A stretch of 59,701 nucleotides of DNA from NCBI GenBank assembly GCA_002842265.1, contig PHCO01000001.1:1-59701 (forward strand). The letters are read 5' to 3'. The stretch is from Betaproteobacteria bacterium HGW-Betaproteobacteria-18. Its GTDB lineage: Bacteria; Pseudomonadota; Gammaproteobacteria; Burkholderiales; Burkholderiaceae_C. Under the pieces are notes generated by a model. It was not told where the DNA came from, did not search any database, and saw only the letters and a list, made by a program, of their open reading frames with translations. Shown in pieces: positions 11,005 to 23,759 of the stretch (the first letter of the stretch is position 1; every line of letters starts with the position of its first letter). A program made the translations under genes and the position numbers.

Positions 11005-13183
11005 TCAGGCCAATCTGAGGGGCAGGGCGCGCAGGCGCTGGCCCGTCAGGGCAAACAAGGCGTTGGCCACCGCTGAGGCGATGGGTGGCGTGCCGGGTTC
11101 GCCCACGCCTTCGGGCGGCTCGGTGCTGGCCATGATGTGGCTCTCGATGACCGGGCATTCGTCCAGGCGCAGCACCGGGTAGTCGTGAAAATTGCTTTGC
11201 TGAACCTGGCCGTTTTCAATGGTGATTTCACCGGAGAGTGCTGCCGACAGGCCAAACACAATGCCGCTTTCAAGTTGCTGGCGGATCAGGTTGGGGTTGA
11301 CAGCAAAGCCGCAGTCAATCACACACCAGACCTTGTGCACGCGGATTTTTTTGTCGGCATCCACCGACACTTCGGCCACTTGGGCCACCACCGAGCCAAA
11401 CGACTGGTGCAGCGCGACACCACGGGCACGCAGCAATGCGCCCGTGGCAGGACTGGCAGGCTGGCCCCAGTCCGACATGGCCGCCACCTGCTGCAATACT
11501 TTGTGATGGCGCGGGTGGTTTTTAAGCAGCGCAGCGCGAAACGCCACCGGGTCCTGGCCGGCCGCAGCGGCCACCTCGTCCATAAAACACTCTTTGAAAA
11601 ACGCCTGGTGCGAATGCCCCACCGAACGCCAAAAGCCCACTGGCACGCCTGCCTCGACCACCTCATGGGCGATGCGGGCGTTGGGCCACTCGTAGGGCTG
11701 GTCAAACGCGCCCTCTGCGGTGGTTTTGTCGGGTCCGGCGGCAGGCAAGTCAAATATGCGTTTCAGCACCTGCAGCACGATGGCCTGGCTGGCCGAAGTG
11801 TTTTTCCAGCTGGTGAGTGCGCCCTGGGCATCCAGGCCCGCAGTAAAGCGCGAGACACACGCCGGGCGGTAAAAATCATGCGTGATGTCTTGCTCACGGC
11901 TCCAAATGGTTTGCACTGGCGCACCGCCTGCGTCCCTGGCAATGCCCAGTGCTTTGGCCGCCGCGGCGCGCGCCAGGCCGGGCACCTGGGTTGATGCCCG
12001 GACGGTGGCAGAGCCGTCTTTGAACTGCACCCGTGCAGTTCATCGGCTCCATCGGTGCATGGGCCAGGTAGGGCACGTGGTAGTCGGCGCTGATGGTTTG
12101 GGCGGCAGAGGCCAGGGCCGCTTTGACATCACCGTGGCTGTAGTAGGCCCAGCCGTCTTGCTGGTCCAGCGTTTGCGCCAGTTTGGTGATCACATCGGCA
12201 CTGTTCAATATGGCGTTGGCGCCATGCTCCCATTCAATGGCGACCTGTGCCAGTGCCTGGCTGGCGTGAAAAGGGGTGTCGGCCACCACGGCCACACCAC
12301 CGGTGCTGCCGTTGTAGGCATCGACCTTGAGCACCTGGCGCACGCCGGGCAGTTTGGCCGCCTTGTCTGCCTGAAAACTGGTGACACTGCCACCCAGTGT
12401 GGGGCACATGGTGACGCTGGCGTACAGCATTCCAGCAGGCAGCACATCCATGCCAAACACGGCAGAGCCATCGAGTTTGGGGGCGGCTTCCAGGCGGCGC
12501 TTTGGGCTGCCAATCAGGGTGAACTGCGCCGGGTTTTTGAGCTTGGGTGGGTCTGGCAGGGGCAGTTGGCTGGCGGCAAGGGCGAGTTCGCCAAAGCTGG
12601 CTGACTGACCGGAAGGGTGTGTCACGCGGCCAGCTTGTGTGCTGCATTCGGCGGCGGGCAACTGCCATTGCCGGGCGGCGGCCTCGATCAGCATGGCGCG
12701 CGCCGAGGCACCGGCCTCGCGCATGGGCAGCCACAGGTCTTTCAGGCTGGAGGAGCCGCCGGTCATCATCACGCCAAATTCGCGCATCAGCTTGGCTGTG
12801 AGCCACTGTGCCGCGGCTTTGAGCGCGCTGTCGTCATCCGGGTGAAACGGCAGGCCATCGACCACGGTGGTGAGGTTGTTGTAAATGGCATCAATGGGCG
12901 AGTGTTCCACGCGTACCTGTGACCAGTCGGCATCGAGTTCCTCGGCCAGCAACATGGCCAGGCCTGTGTGCACGCCTTGCCCCATTTCAGACTTGGACAT
13001 CATCACCGTGACCGTGTTGTCGGAGCCAATCTTGACCCAACCGTTGAGCGCGCTTTGCCCAGGGCTTGTAGGCAAGGGCAGCGAGCCTGTCAGGCGCTGG
13101 CGCACCGGCATCAAAGTCCAGCTCACCACCAGGGCGCCAGTGGCAACGACCGTGCTGAGCAGCCAGCTTCTACGTGAGACCAT
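11005..13183 (-). pseudogene. iorB: Molybdopterin-binding large subunit (IorB-like), frameshifted and internally deleted
   Basis: The N-terminal half (RR signal, SEMGQGV, TGGSSS, HAPMEPMNC) and the C-terminal half ([26 protein letters not shown]) are in different frames, joined by one extra G at ~12031. The GGGFGRR segment is missing near 11938. Confidence 0.85.
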
Positions 13184-13255
13184 GAATGTGCTCTTTGTGG
13201 ATTGAAGTCGCCATGCTACCGCGAACTGCACATGGCCATGGATTGCCGTGCTGCA

Positions 13256-13303
13256 GCCTGTCCTGAGCTTGGCCTGTCCTGAGCTTGACGAAGGGTCGAA
13301 GGG
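13256..13303. repeat. Nested 24-nt palindromic repeat unit (copy inserted inside another copy)
   Basis: GCCTGTCCTGAGCTTG[GCCTGTCCTGAGCTTGACGAAGGG]TCGAAGGG. Confidence 0.85.
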
Positions 13304-13393
13304 CTCCCAATGACAGAATTCATTCACCTCCAATGAATTGAAACCTGCGGTTTAATCTGGGCTTGCACCGATTCATTTTTTAGAAAGCCCGCC

Positions 13394-13996
13394 ATGCTGC
13401 TTGATGCCGAACTCTCCCAACTCGTGTTGGTCGATTACCAGACCCGCCTGATGCCCGCCATTTTTGAAGCGCCGCTGGTGCTGGCCAATGCCATGCGGCT
13501 GGCGCAGGTGGCCCAATTGATGCAGGTGCCGGTGTGGGGTACCGAGCAAAACCCGTCCAAACTGGGCGCAAATCCGCCCGAGTTGCGCGCCCTGTGCCAG
13601 CGCACGCTGGCCAAGATGCAGTTCAGCGGCGTCGAAGAAGGCCTGGGCGAGTGGCTGCGCCCGCCAGTGAAAGCACCGGCAGGCAATGCGCGCAGCCTGC
13701 CCAAGCACTTGCAAAAACCGTCCAACACGCTCACCGAGCGCGCCAGCATTGTGATTGCCGGCTGCGAAGCCCACGTGTGTTTGCTGCAAACCGCGCTGCA
13801 TTTGCTCGAAGACGAATTTGAAGTGTGGGTGGTGACCGATGCCTGCAGCTCGCGCACCGAGCGCAACCGCGACGCCGCCTTTGATCGCCTGGCCGGTGCC
13901 GGTGCCGAGCTGGTGACCACCGAGATGGTGGCGTTCGAGTGGCTGCGCAGCGCCGAGGTGCCGCAGTTCAGGGCAGTGCAGGCGCTGATCAAGTAG
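13394..13996 (+). CDS. Isochorismatase family hydrolase
   Basis: LVLVDYQ.RL, TEQNP.KLG, K..FS, GCEAHVCLLQT, VVTDACSSR, TTEM..FEW. Confidence 0.92.
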   Translation: MLLDAELSQLVLVDYQTRLMPAIFEAPLVLANAMRLAQVAQLMQVPVWGTEQNPSKLGANPPELRALCQRTLAKMQFSGVEEGLGEWLRPPVKAPAGNARSLPKHLQKPSNTLTERASIVIAGCEAHVCLLQTALHLLEDEFEVWVVTDACSSRTERNRDAAFDRLAGAGAELVTTEMVAFEWLRSAEVPQFRAVQALIK

Positions 13997-14062
13997 GGCC
14001 TTCGTAGCGCCTGAGTGCAAGCAGGCTGGCAGCGATAATCGGCGGCTTGTTTAGGAGCTTGC

Positions 14063-14896
14063 GTGGATATTGTTTTGCTGATCAAAGCCGCCATCATGGG
14101 CGTCGTGGAGGGGTTGACCGAGTTTTTGCCGATCTCGAGCACCGGTCATTTGATTCTGGCGGGAGCCTTGCTGGGTTTTGATGATGAAAAAGCCAAGGTG
14201 TTTGACATTGCCATCCAGACCGGTGCCATTTTTGCCGTGATTCTGGTCTATTGGCAAAAAATACGTGACACCGTGCTGGCGCTGCCCACCGAGAAACAGG
14301 CGCAGCGCTTTGCCCTTAATGTGTTGATTGCATTTTTCCCGGCGGTGATTCTTGGGCTGCTGTACGGCAAAGCCATCAAGGCCAATTTGTTCACGCCGGT
14401 GGTGGTGGCCAGCATGTTCATCATCGGCGGCTTTGTCATCATCTGGGCCGAGCGGCGACAGCAGAAAAACCCGTCTGCCGTGCGCATCCGCAACGTGGAA
14501 TACATGTCACCGATGGATGCTTTCAAGGTGGGCTTGGTGCAATGCCTGGCCATGATCCCGGGCACCAGTCGTAGCGGTGCCACCATCATTGGCGGCATGC
14601 TGCTGGGCCTGTCACGCAAGGCGGCCACTGACTTCTCGTTTTATCTGGCCATTCCCACGCTGATTGGGGCCGGCGCCTACAGCCTGTACAAAGAACGTGC
14701 GCTGCTCTCGTTGGCCGATACGCCGATGTTTGTTGTGGGCTTGGTCATGTCATTTTTCAGCGCCTGGCTGTGCATTCGCTGGCTGCTGCGGTATATCGCC
14801 AACCACAGTTTTATCGGTTTTGCGTATTACCGGATTGCTTTTGGCATTGTGGTGCTCGCCACCGCCTGGACCGGCACCGTGAACTGGGCGGCCTGA
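14063..14896 (+). CDS. uppP: Undecaprenyl-diphosphate phosphatase
   Basis: [18 protein letters not shown] and [10 protein letters not shown] signatures. Confidence 0.97.
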   Translation: MDIVLLIKAAIMGVVEGLTEFLPISSTGHLILAGALLGFDDEKAKVFDIAIQTGAIFAVILVYWQKIRDTVLALPTEKQAQRFALNVLIAFFPAVILGLLYGKAIKANLFTPVVVASMFIIGGFVIIWAERRQQKNPSAVRIRNVEYMSPMDAFKVGLVQCLAMIPGTSRSGATIIGGMLLGLSRKAATDFSFYLAIPTLIGAGAYSLYKERALLSLADTPMFVVGLVMSFFSAWLCIRWLLRYIANHSFIGFAYYRIAFGIVVLATAWTGTVNWAA

Positions 14897-14903
14897 CGAT
14901 TTG

Positions 14904-15743
14904 TCAGGTGAGGTTTTGCAGATTCAGCAAAGCCGCTTCCATCGCTGCTGCCGTCACCTGCGGTTTTTCCATCGGAAACAGGTGGCTGCCGTCGAGCATC
15001 ATGAGGCGGCCATGCGTAACGCGCTGCGTTAGTGCCAGCCCCACCTGGTGTATTTCCTCCGAGCGCGTGCCGCCAATGAATGCCACCGGGCATTTGAGCG
15101 GGTGCTGCCTGATCAGTGCTTCCAGGTTGCTTGGCAAGGTGTTGTAGATGGCGGTTTCAATGTCGCGGTCAAAGCTCAGTGCGCGCTGGGTTTGCCCGTT
15201 GACGGTCTCATCATGCGTGCCGTGGGCAATGTAGTCTTCAAGCACTTGCGGGTGCCATTTGGCAAAGGCTTTTTTGTTTTTGAAATGCGCCAAGGCGGTC
15301 TCAAAGCTGGGCCAGTGCTGGCGTCGCTTGCGGCTGAGCTTGCCCGGTGACACTGAGCCCACCACCTGGGTGCGCTTGGCCAGCCCCAGTGCCTGCGCCC
15401 GCCAGCCACCCACCAGAGGCGAGTCGAGCAGCAGCACACCACGCACCAGCCTGGGGGCCTGACTGGCCGCCATCAGGCTCAAAAAACCGCCCAGGGAGTG
15501 GCCTGCCAAAAAAACCGGTGCACCGGCTCTGTCAGCCGTGGTCTGGGTAAAGTCCACCAATTGCTGTACCAGATTGGGCCAGTTGTTGGTGACCGGGTAA
15601 CGCGGGTCGTGGCCGAACTTGTCAATCGTCGCCACTTCGAAGCCACGCGCTTTCAGAGCTTCAAACAGCACGCCGTAAGTGGCGGCACCGAAGCTGTTGG
15701 CGTGGGAGAAAACAAGTGGTGTTGCGGCTTTGCGCAGGGGCAT
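14904..15743 (-). CDS. Alpha/beta fold hydrolase
   Basis: FSHANSF, GHSLGG nucleophile elbow, GSHLFPME; its start overlaps the upstream stop (TGATG). Confidence 0.9.
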   Translation of the reverse strand: MPLRKAATPLVFSHANSFGAATYGVLFEALKARGFEVATIDKFGHDPRYPVTNNWPNLVQQLVDFTQTTADRAGAPVFLAGHSLGGFLSLMAASQAPRLVRGVLLLDSPLVGGWRAQALGLAKRTQVVGSVSPGKLSRKRRQHWPSFETALAHFKNKKAFAKWHPQVLEDYIAHGTHDETVNGQTQRALSFDRDIETAIYNTLPSNLEALIRQHPLKCPVAFIGGTRSEEIHQVGLALTQRVTHGRLMMLDGSHLFPMEKPQVTAAAMEAALLNLQNLT

Positions 15744-16570
15744 CAGATTAACTTTTCTTGTGGCGTGCTGATTTTTCTCAGGGCCAAATGACGACTGGCG
15801 GGCTGCATCAGTGGCACGGTGGTTTGCTCGCCGTTCCACATCGGGTCTTCAATACTGTCAAAAACCTCACGCAGCTTGGCACCCCAACTGTTGTGCATCA
15901 TCTTGAAATAAGGGTTGTTTTCGTCAATGCACACCACTTTGTCGGTCTGAAACTGGTTGGCTTCATACACCACCATGTCGAGTGGCAGACCCACAGACAG
16001 ATTGGATTTGAGCGTGGAGTCCATGGACACCAGTGCGCATTTGGCGGCTTCGTCCAGTGGCGTGTTGGGGGTGATCACGCGATCCAGCACGGGTTTGCCG
16101 TATTTGGATTCGCCCACCTGGAAATACGGCGTCTCGGGCGTCGCCTCGATAAAGTTACCGGCCGAATAGACCTGAAACAGGCGCATGCCTTCACCCTTGA
16201 TCTGGCCGCCAAAAAGCAGCGACACATTGAAGTCAACCCCCGCTTGTTTGAGCGACTCGGCATCGCGCTCATACACATGGCGAATGGCCGCCCCCAGCAC
16301 GCGCGCGGCATCAAACATGCTCTTGGCGTTCCAGATGGTGATGGGCTCGCTGTCGGGATGTTCCTTGAGTTGCTCAACCTGCAAAATCTCGCGCACCGAC
16401 TGCGAAATGCTCAGGTTGCCTGCCGACAGCAGCACCATAAAGCGGTCGTCAGGCTTTTCGTAAACGATCATCTTGCGAAAGGTGCTGATCTGGTCCAGGC
16501 CAGCGTTGGTGCGCGAGTCGGACAAAAAAACCAGTCCGGCGTTGAGTTTGATGGCGACGCAATAAGTCAT
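15743..16570 (-). CDS. Proteasome-type protease (Anbu)
   Basis: MTYCVA...SDSRTNAG N-terminal Thr nucleophile, AGNLSISQ, YSAGNFI, GESKYGKP, SMDSTLKSNLSVG. Confidence 0.93.
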   Translation of the reverse strand: MTYCVAIKLNAGLVFLSDSRTNAGLDQISTFRKMIVYEKPDDRFMVLLSAGNLSISQSVREILQVEQLKEHPDSEPITIWNAKSMFDAARVLGAAIRHVYERDAESLKQAGVDFNVSLLFGGQIKGEGMRLFQVYSAGNFIEATPETPYFQVGESKYGKPVLDRVITPNTPLDEAAKCALVSMDSTLKSNLSVGLPLDMVVYEANQFQTDKVVCIDENNPYFKMMHNSWGAKLREVFDSIEDPMWNGEQTTVPLMQPASRHLALRKISTPQEKLI

Positions 16571-16726
16571 GGGGTCATGGGTTGAATGGAAGGCTGTGAG
16601 TTTAATGGCTGCTGCAGCCACGCCTTGTCCTGCAATGGCTCAACCAGTTTGGTGTGGCCGAACGTGCCTGCCTTACCCTGATTACCGACCGGTGATGGTG
16701 GCAGGGGGACAGAGTCGATTCAAGAA

Positions 16727-17632
16727 TCATTTGACGAGCGAGTCGAAGACTTCTTTGGCGCTCAGGTTGCTAAATTTGGCGTGCCAACCTGCCCCTGGTG
16801 CACCAAGTCCTAACCACATCAATACTTGTGCCCTACCTGTTGGAACCCAGTCTTGTTCGTTCATCAATTCCCTGAGTAAGTCATCATATGGAAGGCGAAT
16901 AAGGTCACCTTCGCAGTTTTGTGATAACTGGGCAAATTGGTCTTTGGTGACCCGAACGCCAAGATGAACGTACTGAATGAACCCGGTGTCCAGTTCTTGC
17001 ATGACGCATATGGGTTCCTGATATCTGCGCACAATCAAGCCAGACTCTTCGAACACCTCCCGCACCATTGTGAACTCCAGGCTCATTCGGTCGCCAGGGT
17101 TGTCAATTGACTTGTACTGAATGGGGGGTTTGAAAGCTCCGCCCAAAATATGCAAGGCATTGGGATAAGTAGCTGAGTCCTTGCTTCTGCGGTGAAGCAA
17201 AATGCAGCGCGCGCTGGGGCATATGACGACCGCGCCAGCGCTCAATACCTTCGGGGGTGACGTCGCGTCGATTTCCGCTTGCTTGCGCAGCGCCAGAACT
17301 TCTGCAAAATCACAAATTTCGGCACGGATGGTGTCAACATTGCGCCCGTCCCATAGACTTGAAATTGCATGGGGCTCGTTTAGCTCCAGTTCGGAGCGGA
17401 TGGTTGTTGCTTTTTCAGCTGTAAGTTCTGGTATGTGCAACTTGCCGGTTATTGACACACTGGGACTTGTGTTAATGATTTGATGTATTTTGATTAACGA
17501 CTTTTTCCTGTTGATGACCTCGTGCAAACGAGGTATGGCGTGTTCTGAGTCTTCTTTCAGGTGTTTTTTAGCCCAACGCCAAGAGCCAATGGCAAATTTC
17601 CCGGCCTCATAAATCGTGGCAAGTTCTAACAT
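16727..17632 (-). CDS. Nudix-domain protein with unknown N-terminal region
   Basis: SAGAVV...ILLHRRS...YP..LHILGG and REVFEESGL Nudix-box core; codon usage visibly more AT-rich than the neighbours. Confidence 0.75.
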   Translation of the reverse strand: MLELATIYEAGKFAIGSWRWAKKHLKEDSEHAIPRLHEVINRKKSLIKIHQIINTSPSVSITGKLHIPELTAEKATTIRSELELNEPHAISSLWDGRNVDTIRAEICDFAEVLALRKQAEIDATSPPKVLSAGAVVICPSARCILLHRRSKDSATYPNALHILGGAFKPPIQYKSIDNPGDRMSLEFTMVREVFEESGLIVRRYQEPICVMQELDTGFIQYVHLGVRVTKDQFAQLSQNCEGDLIRLPYDDLLRELMNEQDWVPTGRAQVLMWLGLGAPGAGWHAKFSNLSAKEVFDSLVK

Positions 17633-17708
17633 TAACTACTCTTGGGTTGACTTGGTCAGGCTAAATACGTTGTGAAGATTTTTAAACGAAAGTGTTTGGT
17701 ATGTCGCG

Positions 17709-20639
<2,931 letters not shown>

Positions 20640-20715
20640 CCGTTCGCCCTGAGCCTGTCGAAGGGCCAGCGAAACTGGAAATGGGCAAGGGCTTCGACAG
20701 GCTCAGCCCGAACGG
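20640..20715. repeat. Palindromic repeat doublet (gcvH-gcvP intergenic)
   Basis: CCGTTCGCCCTGAGCCTGTCGAAGGG-spacer-GGGCTTCGACAGGCTCAGCCCGAACGG. Confidence 0.88.
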
Positions 20716-20748
20716 GTTTAGGCGTTGATGAACGGGGTTGGGCGTTGA

Positions 20749-21123
20749 TCAGTGCGCGTCGGCGGCGTAACTGGTGTAGCTGGTCTCGTCCATCAGTGCG
20801 TCCAGATCGGCCGGGTTGGCCAGTTTGACCTTGAAGAACCAGCCCGCGCCCAGCGGGTCGGAGTTGGCCAGCGACGGGTCGGCGCGCAGCGCTTCGTTCA
20901 CCTCCAGCACTTGCGCCTCGGCGGGCATGTACACGTCGGCGGCGGCCTTGACCGATTCGACCACGGCGGTGGCATCTTTGGCTGCGTAGGTTTTGCCCAC
21001 TTCGGGTAAATCCACAAACACCACGTCGCCCAGCGCATCTTGTGCGTGGTGGGTGATGCCGACGGTGCCGACGTTGCCGTCAATGTTGATCCATTCGTGG
21101 TCGGGGGTGTATTTGATGGTCAT
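20749..21123 (-). CDS. gcvH: Glycine cleavage system H protein
   Basis: HEW, GITHHAQDALGDVVFV, VESVKAA lipoyl-Lys motif. Confidence 0.98.
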   Translation of the reverse strand: MTIKYTPDHEWINIDGNVGTVGITHHAQDALGDVVFVDLPEVGKTYAAKDATAVVESVKAAADVYMPAEAQVLEVNEALRADPSLANSDPLGAGWFFKVKLANPADLDALMDETSYTSYAADAH

Positions 21124-21192
21124 GGTGATTCTCTGAGTAATTGAAAAATGAGGGGGTGAAACTATAGATTCGGCCCGATGATGTTTTAAGTT

Positions 21193-21242
21193 CCGTTCGG
21201 GCTGAGCCTGTCGAAGCCCTTCGACAGGCTCAGCCCGAACGG
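21193..21242. repeat. 50-nt near-perfect palindrome (gcvT-gcvH intergenic)
   Basis: CCGTTCGGGCTGAGCCTGTCGAAG-CC-CTTCGACAGGCTCAGCCCGAACGG, with 24-bp perfect arms. Confidence 0.9.
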
Positions 21243-21278
21243 TTCATACTTCATCGGGCCGTAGCAATAAATAAGACG

Positions 21279-22424
21279 TTAACCGCGGAAATAATTGGTG
21301 GGCACAAACGGCATTGCCACCACTTCCATTTTGACGGGTTTGCCACGCACGATGGCGTTGACCTGGGTGCCCAGGGCGGCCAATGCAGGCGGTACATAGC
21401 CCATGGCAATCGGCTGGTCGATGGTGGGGCCGAGCAGGCCGCTGGTGACCTCACCCAGGCGCTCGCCGGTTGAGGACTGCAACTCAATATGTTCACGCAC
21501 CGGAATACGCTCCAGCGCCTTGAGCCCAACACGTTTGCGCGTCACTGAATCCGGTTCACCGCCAAGCTGCGCCAGAATTTTGCTCGCACCGGGGAAACCA
21601 CCCGCACGGGCGCCACCCGTGCGCCGCACCTTTTGCATGGCCCATTGCAAGCCCGCTTCCACCGGTGTGGTGTTGCTGTCAATGTCGTTGCCATACAGCG
21701 GCAGACCGGCTTCCAGCCGCAGCGAATTGCGCGCACCCAGACCAATCGGCTTGACTTCGGGTTGCGCCAGCAGCACCTTGGCCAACGCCAGCGCGTCAGA
21801 TTCATGTACTGAAATCTCAAAACCGTCTTCGCCGGTGTAGCCGCTGCGGGTCAGGAACACGTCAATGCGCTGCGCGCCCGCCTGAATGGTGAAGTTACCA
21901 CCGGTCATGAACACCAGTTTTTCAACGCCCGGAGCCAACCGTGTCAGTGCGGTCACGGCTTGCGGGCCTTGCAGCGCCAGCAGGGCGCGTTCCGGCATGG
22001 GAATGACCTGACAGCGCGAGCCAATTTTGGCCTGAACGTGGGCAATGTCGCCCACCTTGCAGGCGCCGTTGACGATGACAAAAATATCGGTACCGCGGTT
22101 GACGAACATCAGGTCGTCGATGATGCCGCCCTCGTCATTGAGCAGCAGGCCGTAGCGCTGCTTGCCCACGGCCAGGTCGATCACATCGACCGGAATCAGG
22201 CTCTCCAGCGCGGCAGCGGCATCCGGCCCGACCAGTCGCAACTGGCCCATGTGCGACACGTCAAACAGGCCGGCGGCCGTGCGTGTGTGTTTGTGTTCAG
22301 CCATCAGGCCCGCCGGGTATTGCACCGGCATGCTGTAACCGGCAAATGACACCATGCGGGCACCCAAAGCAATGTGCAGGTCGTTCAGGGGAACTTTAAG
22401 AAGATCATCAGGCGTGGCGGACAT
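21279..22424 (-). CDS. gcvT: Glycine cleavage system aminomethyltransferase T
   Basis: [45 protein letters not shown]. Confidence 0.98.
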   Translation of the reverse strand: MSATPDDLLKVPLNDLHIALGARMVSFAGYSMPVQYPAGLMAEHKHTRTAAGLFDVSHMGQLRLVGPDAAAALESLIPVDVIDLAVGKQRYGLLLNDEGGIIDDLMFVNRGTDIFVIVNGACKVGDIAHVQAKIGSRCQVIPMPERALLALQGPQAVTALTRLAPGVEKLVFMTGGNFTIQAGAQRIDVFLTRSGYTGEDGFEISVHESDALALAKVLLAQPEVKPIGLGARNSLRLEAGLPLYGNDIDSNTTPVEAGLQWAMQKVRRTGGARAGGFPGASKILAQLGGEPDSVTRKRVGLKALERIPVREHIELQSSTGERLGEVTSGLLGPTIDQPIAMGYVPPALAALGTQVNAIVRGKPVKMEVVAMPFVPTNYFRG

Positions 22425-22491
22425 CAGGACTCCAATAGAGCAGGGGGCAAATCAAATTCCATGGCCTGACGCTGCGTCAATGCCATGGGCT

Positions 22492-22745
22492 GCCCCCGCT
22501 GTCCGCTTTACCTGAGAGATTCGCCGCCGCCAGTCACGTATGGCGCTGGCTTTGGGTTGCTCCTTCGGTGGATCCGCATCGGCATCTCTGCCAACGCTGA
22601 CCTCTCTCCAGTGGGGAATCGTCAAAAAGTCTGGAAACTTTCAAACGCTTGTCAGTCCTTTTGCCTGAGCGTTCAAATTGCTGCAATCAGCAACTCTGCG
22701 CCTTCGGCGGCCACCTCAAGTGGTTGGCTCTCTCCTGAACGGAGC
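22492..22745 (-). ncRNA. Tandem glycine riboswitch
   Basis: Minus strand has two aptamers, GGAGAGAG...CGCCGAAGGCGCA...CTCAGGCAAAAGGAC and GGAGAGAG...CACCGAAGGAGCA...CTCTCAGGTAAAGCGGAC, directly upstream of gcvT. Confidence 0.93.
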
Positions 22746-22968
22746 AAATTCTACAGGGCGGACACGGACCAGGATTTACGCCGATGCGGTTTTAATAAAT
22801 GGTTGGCCCAAAAATCCAATGCTGGCAAGGGTTTTGATGGCTCAATAGATGACGGTTTTAAACTGGTAGCGGTCACTCATCTCTCACGAATCATCAAGAA
22901 TTCACCTGCAGATAGGGGGATGATATTCGCCACCGCACGGTCAACGTACAGTTCCTTTTCTCCTGCAG

Positions 22969-23745
22969 TCAGGTGGCATCGGTTGGGGTACGGGGTTTGT
23001 CCAGCATCCGTCCCAACAGGTCCATCGGCAGAGGGAACACGATGGTCGAGGCGCGATCGCCCGCCACTTGCGTCATGGTCTGCAGGTAGCGCAGTTGCAT
23101 CGCCTCAGGCTGCTTCGCCAGCATCTGTGCGGCCTCCAGCAACGACACCGCCGCCTGCTTTTCGCCTTCGGCGTGGATCACCTTGGCGCGCCGTTCGCGC
23201 TCGGCCTCGGCCTGGCGCGCGATGGCGCGCACCATGGATTCGTTCAGGTCGATGTGCTTGATCTCGACGTTGGTTACCTTGATGCCCCAGGCATCGGTTT
23301 GGGTATCCAGGATCTGCTGCACGTCGAGGTTGAGCCGCTCACGCTCGGCCAGCATTTCGTCAAGCTCGTGCTTGCCCAGCACCACACGCAGGGTGGTCTG
23401 GGCCAGCTGGCTGGTGGCCATCAGGTAGTTTTCCACCTGGATGATCGCTTTCTCGGGTGCGACCACGCGGAAAAAAACCACCGCGTTGACCTTGACCGAG
23501 ACGTTGTCGCGCGAGATCACGTCCTGCGGCTCCACGTCCATGGTCACCACGCGCAGGTCCACCCGCACCATCTGCTGAAAACCGGGGATCACGATCACCA
23601 GGCCAGGCCCCTTGACCTTCCAGAACCGGCCCAGCTGGAACACCACGCCGCGTTCGTACTCGCGCAGGATGCGAAACGAAGTCGCCAGCAGAAGCAGTAC
23701 AACGGGCACCAGAATCGTGCCCAGTCCAAGATTGAAATCAAACAT
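22969..23745 (-). CDS. Slipin / SPFH (band 7, stomatin-like) protein
   Basis: [53 protein letters not shown]. Confidence 0.95.
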   Translation of the reverse strand: MFDFNLGLGTILVPVVLLLLATSFRILREYERGVVFQLGRFWKVKGPGLVIVIPGFQQMVRVDLRVVTMDVEPQDVISRDNVSVKVNAVVFFRVVAPEKAIIQVENYLMATSQLAQTTLRVVLGKHELDEMLAERERLNLDVQQILDTQTDAWGIKVTNVEIKHIDLNESMVRAIARQAEAERERRAKVIHAEGEKQAAVSLLEAAQMLAKQPEAMQLRYLQTMTQVAGDRASTIVFPLPMDLLGRMLDKPRTPTDAT

Positions 23746-23759
23746 CGTGCTTTCCTCCT

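Noticed and set aside
12021-12042. Programmed frameshift producing full-length IorB
   Set aside because: There is no slippery heptamer, and an independent deletion of a cofactor-binding motif indicates decay instead.
22485-22968. Protein-coding ORF on the plus strand across the gcvT upstream region
   Set aside because: It overlaps the glycine riboswitch and runs antisense into slipin, and has no protein-like features.
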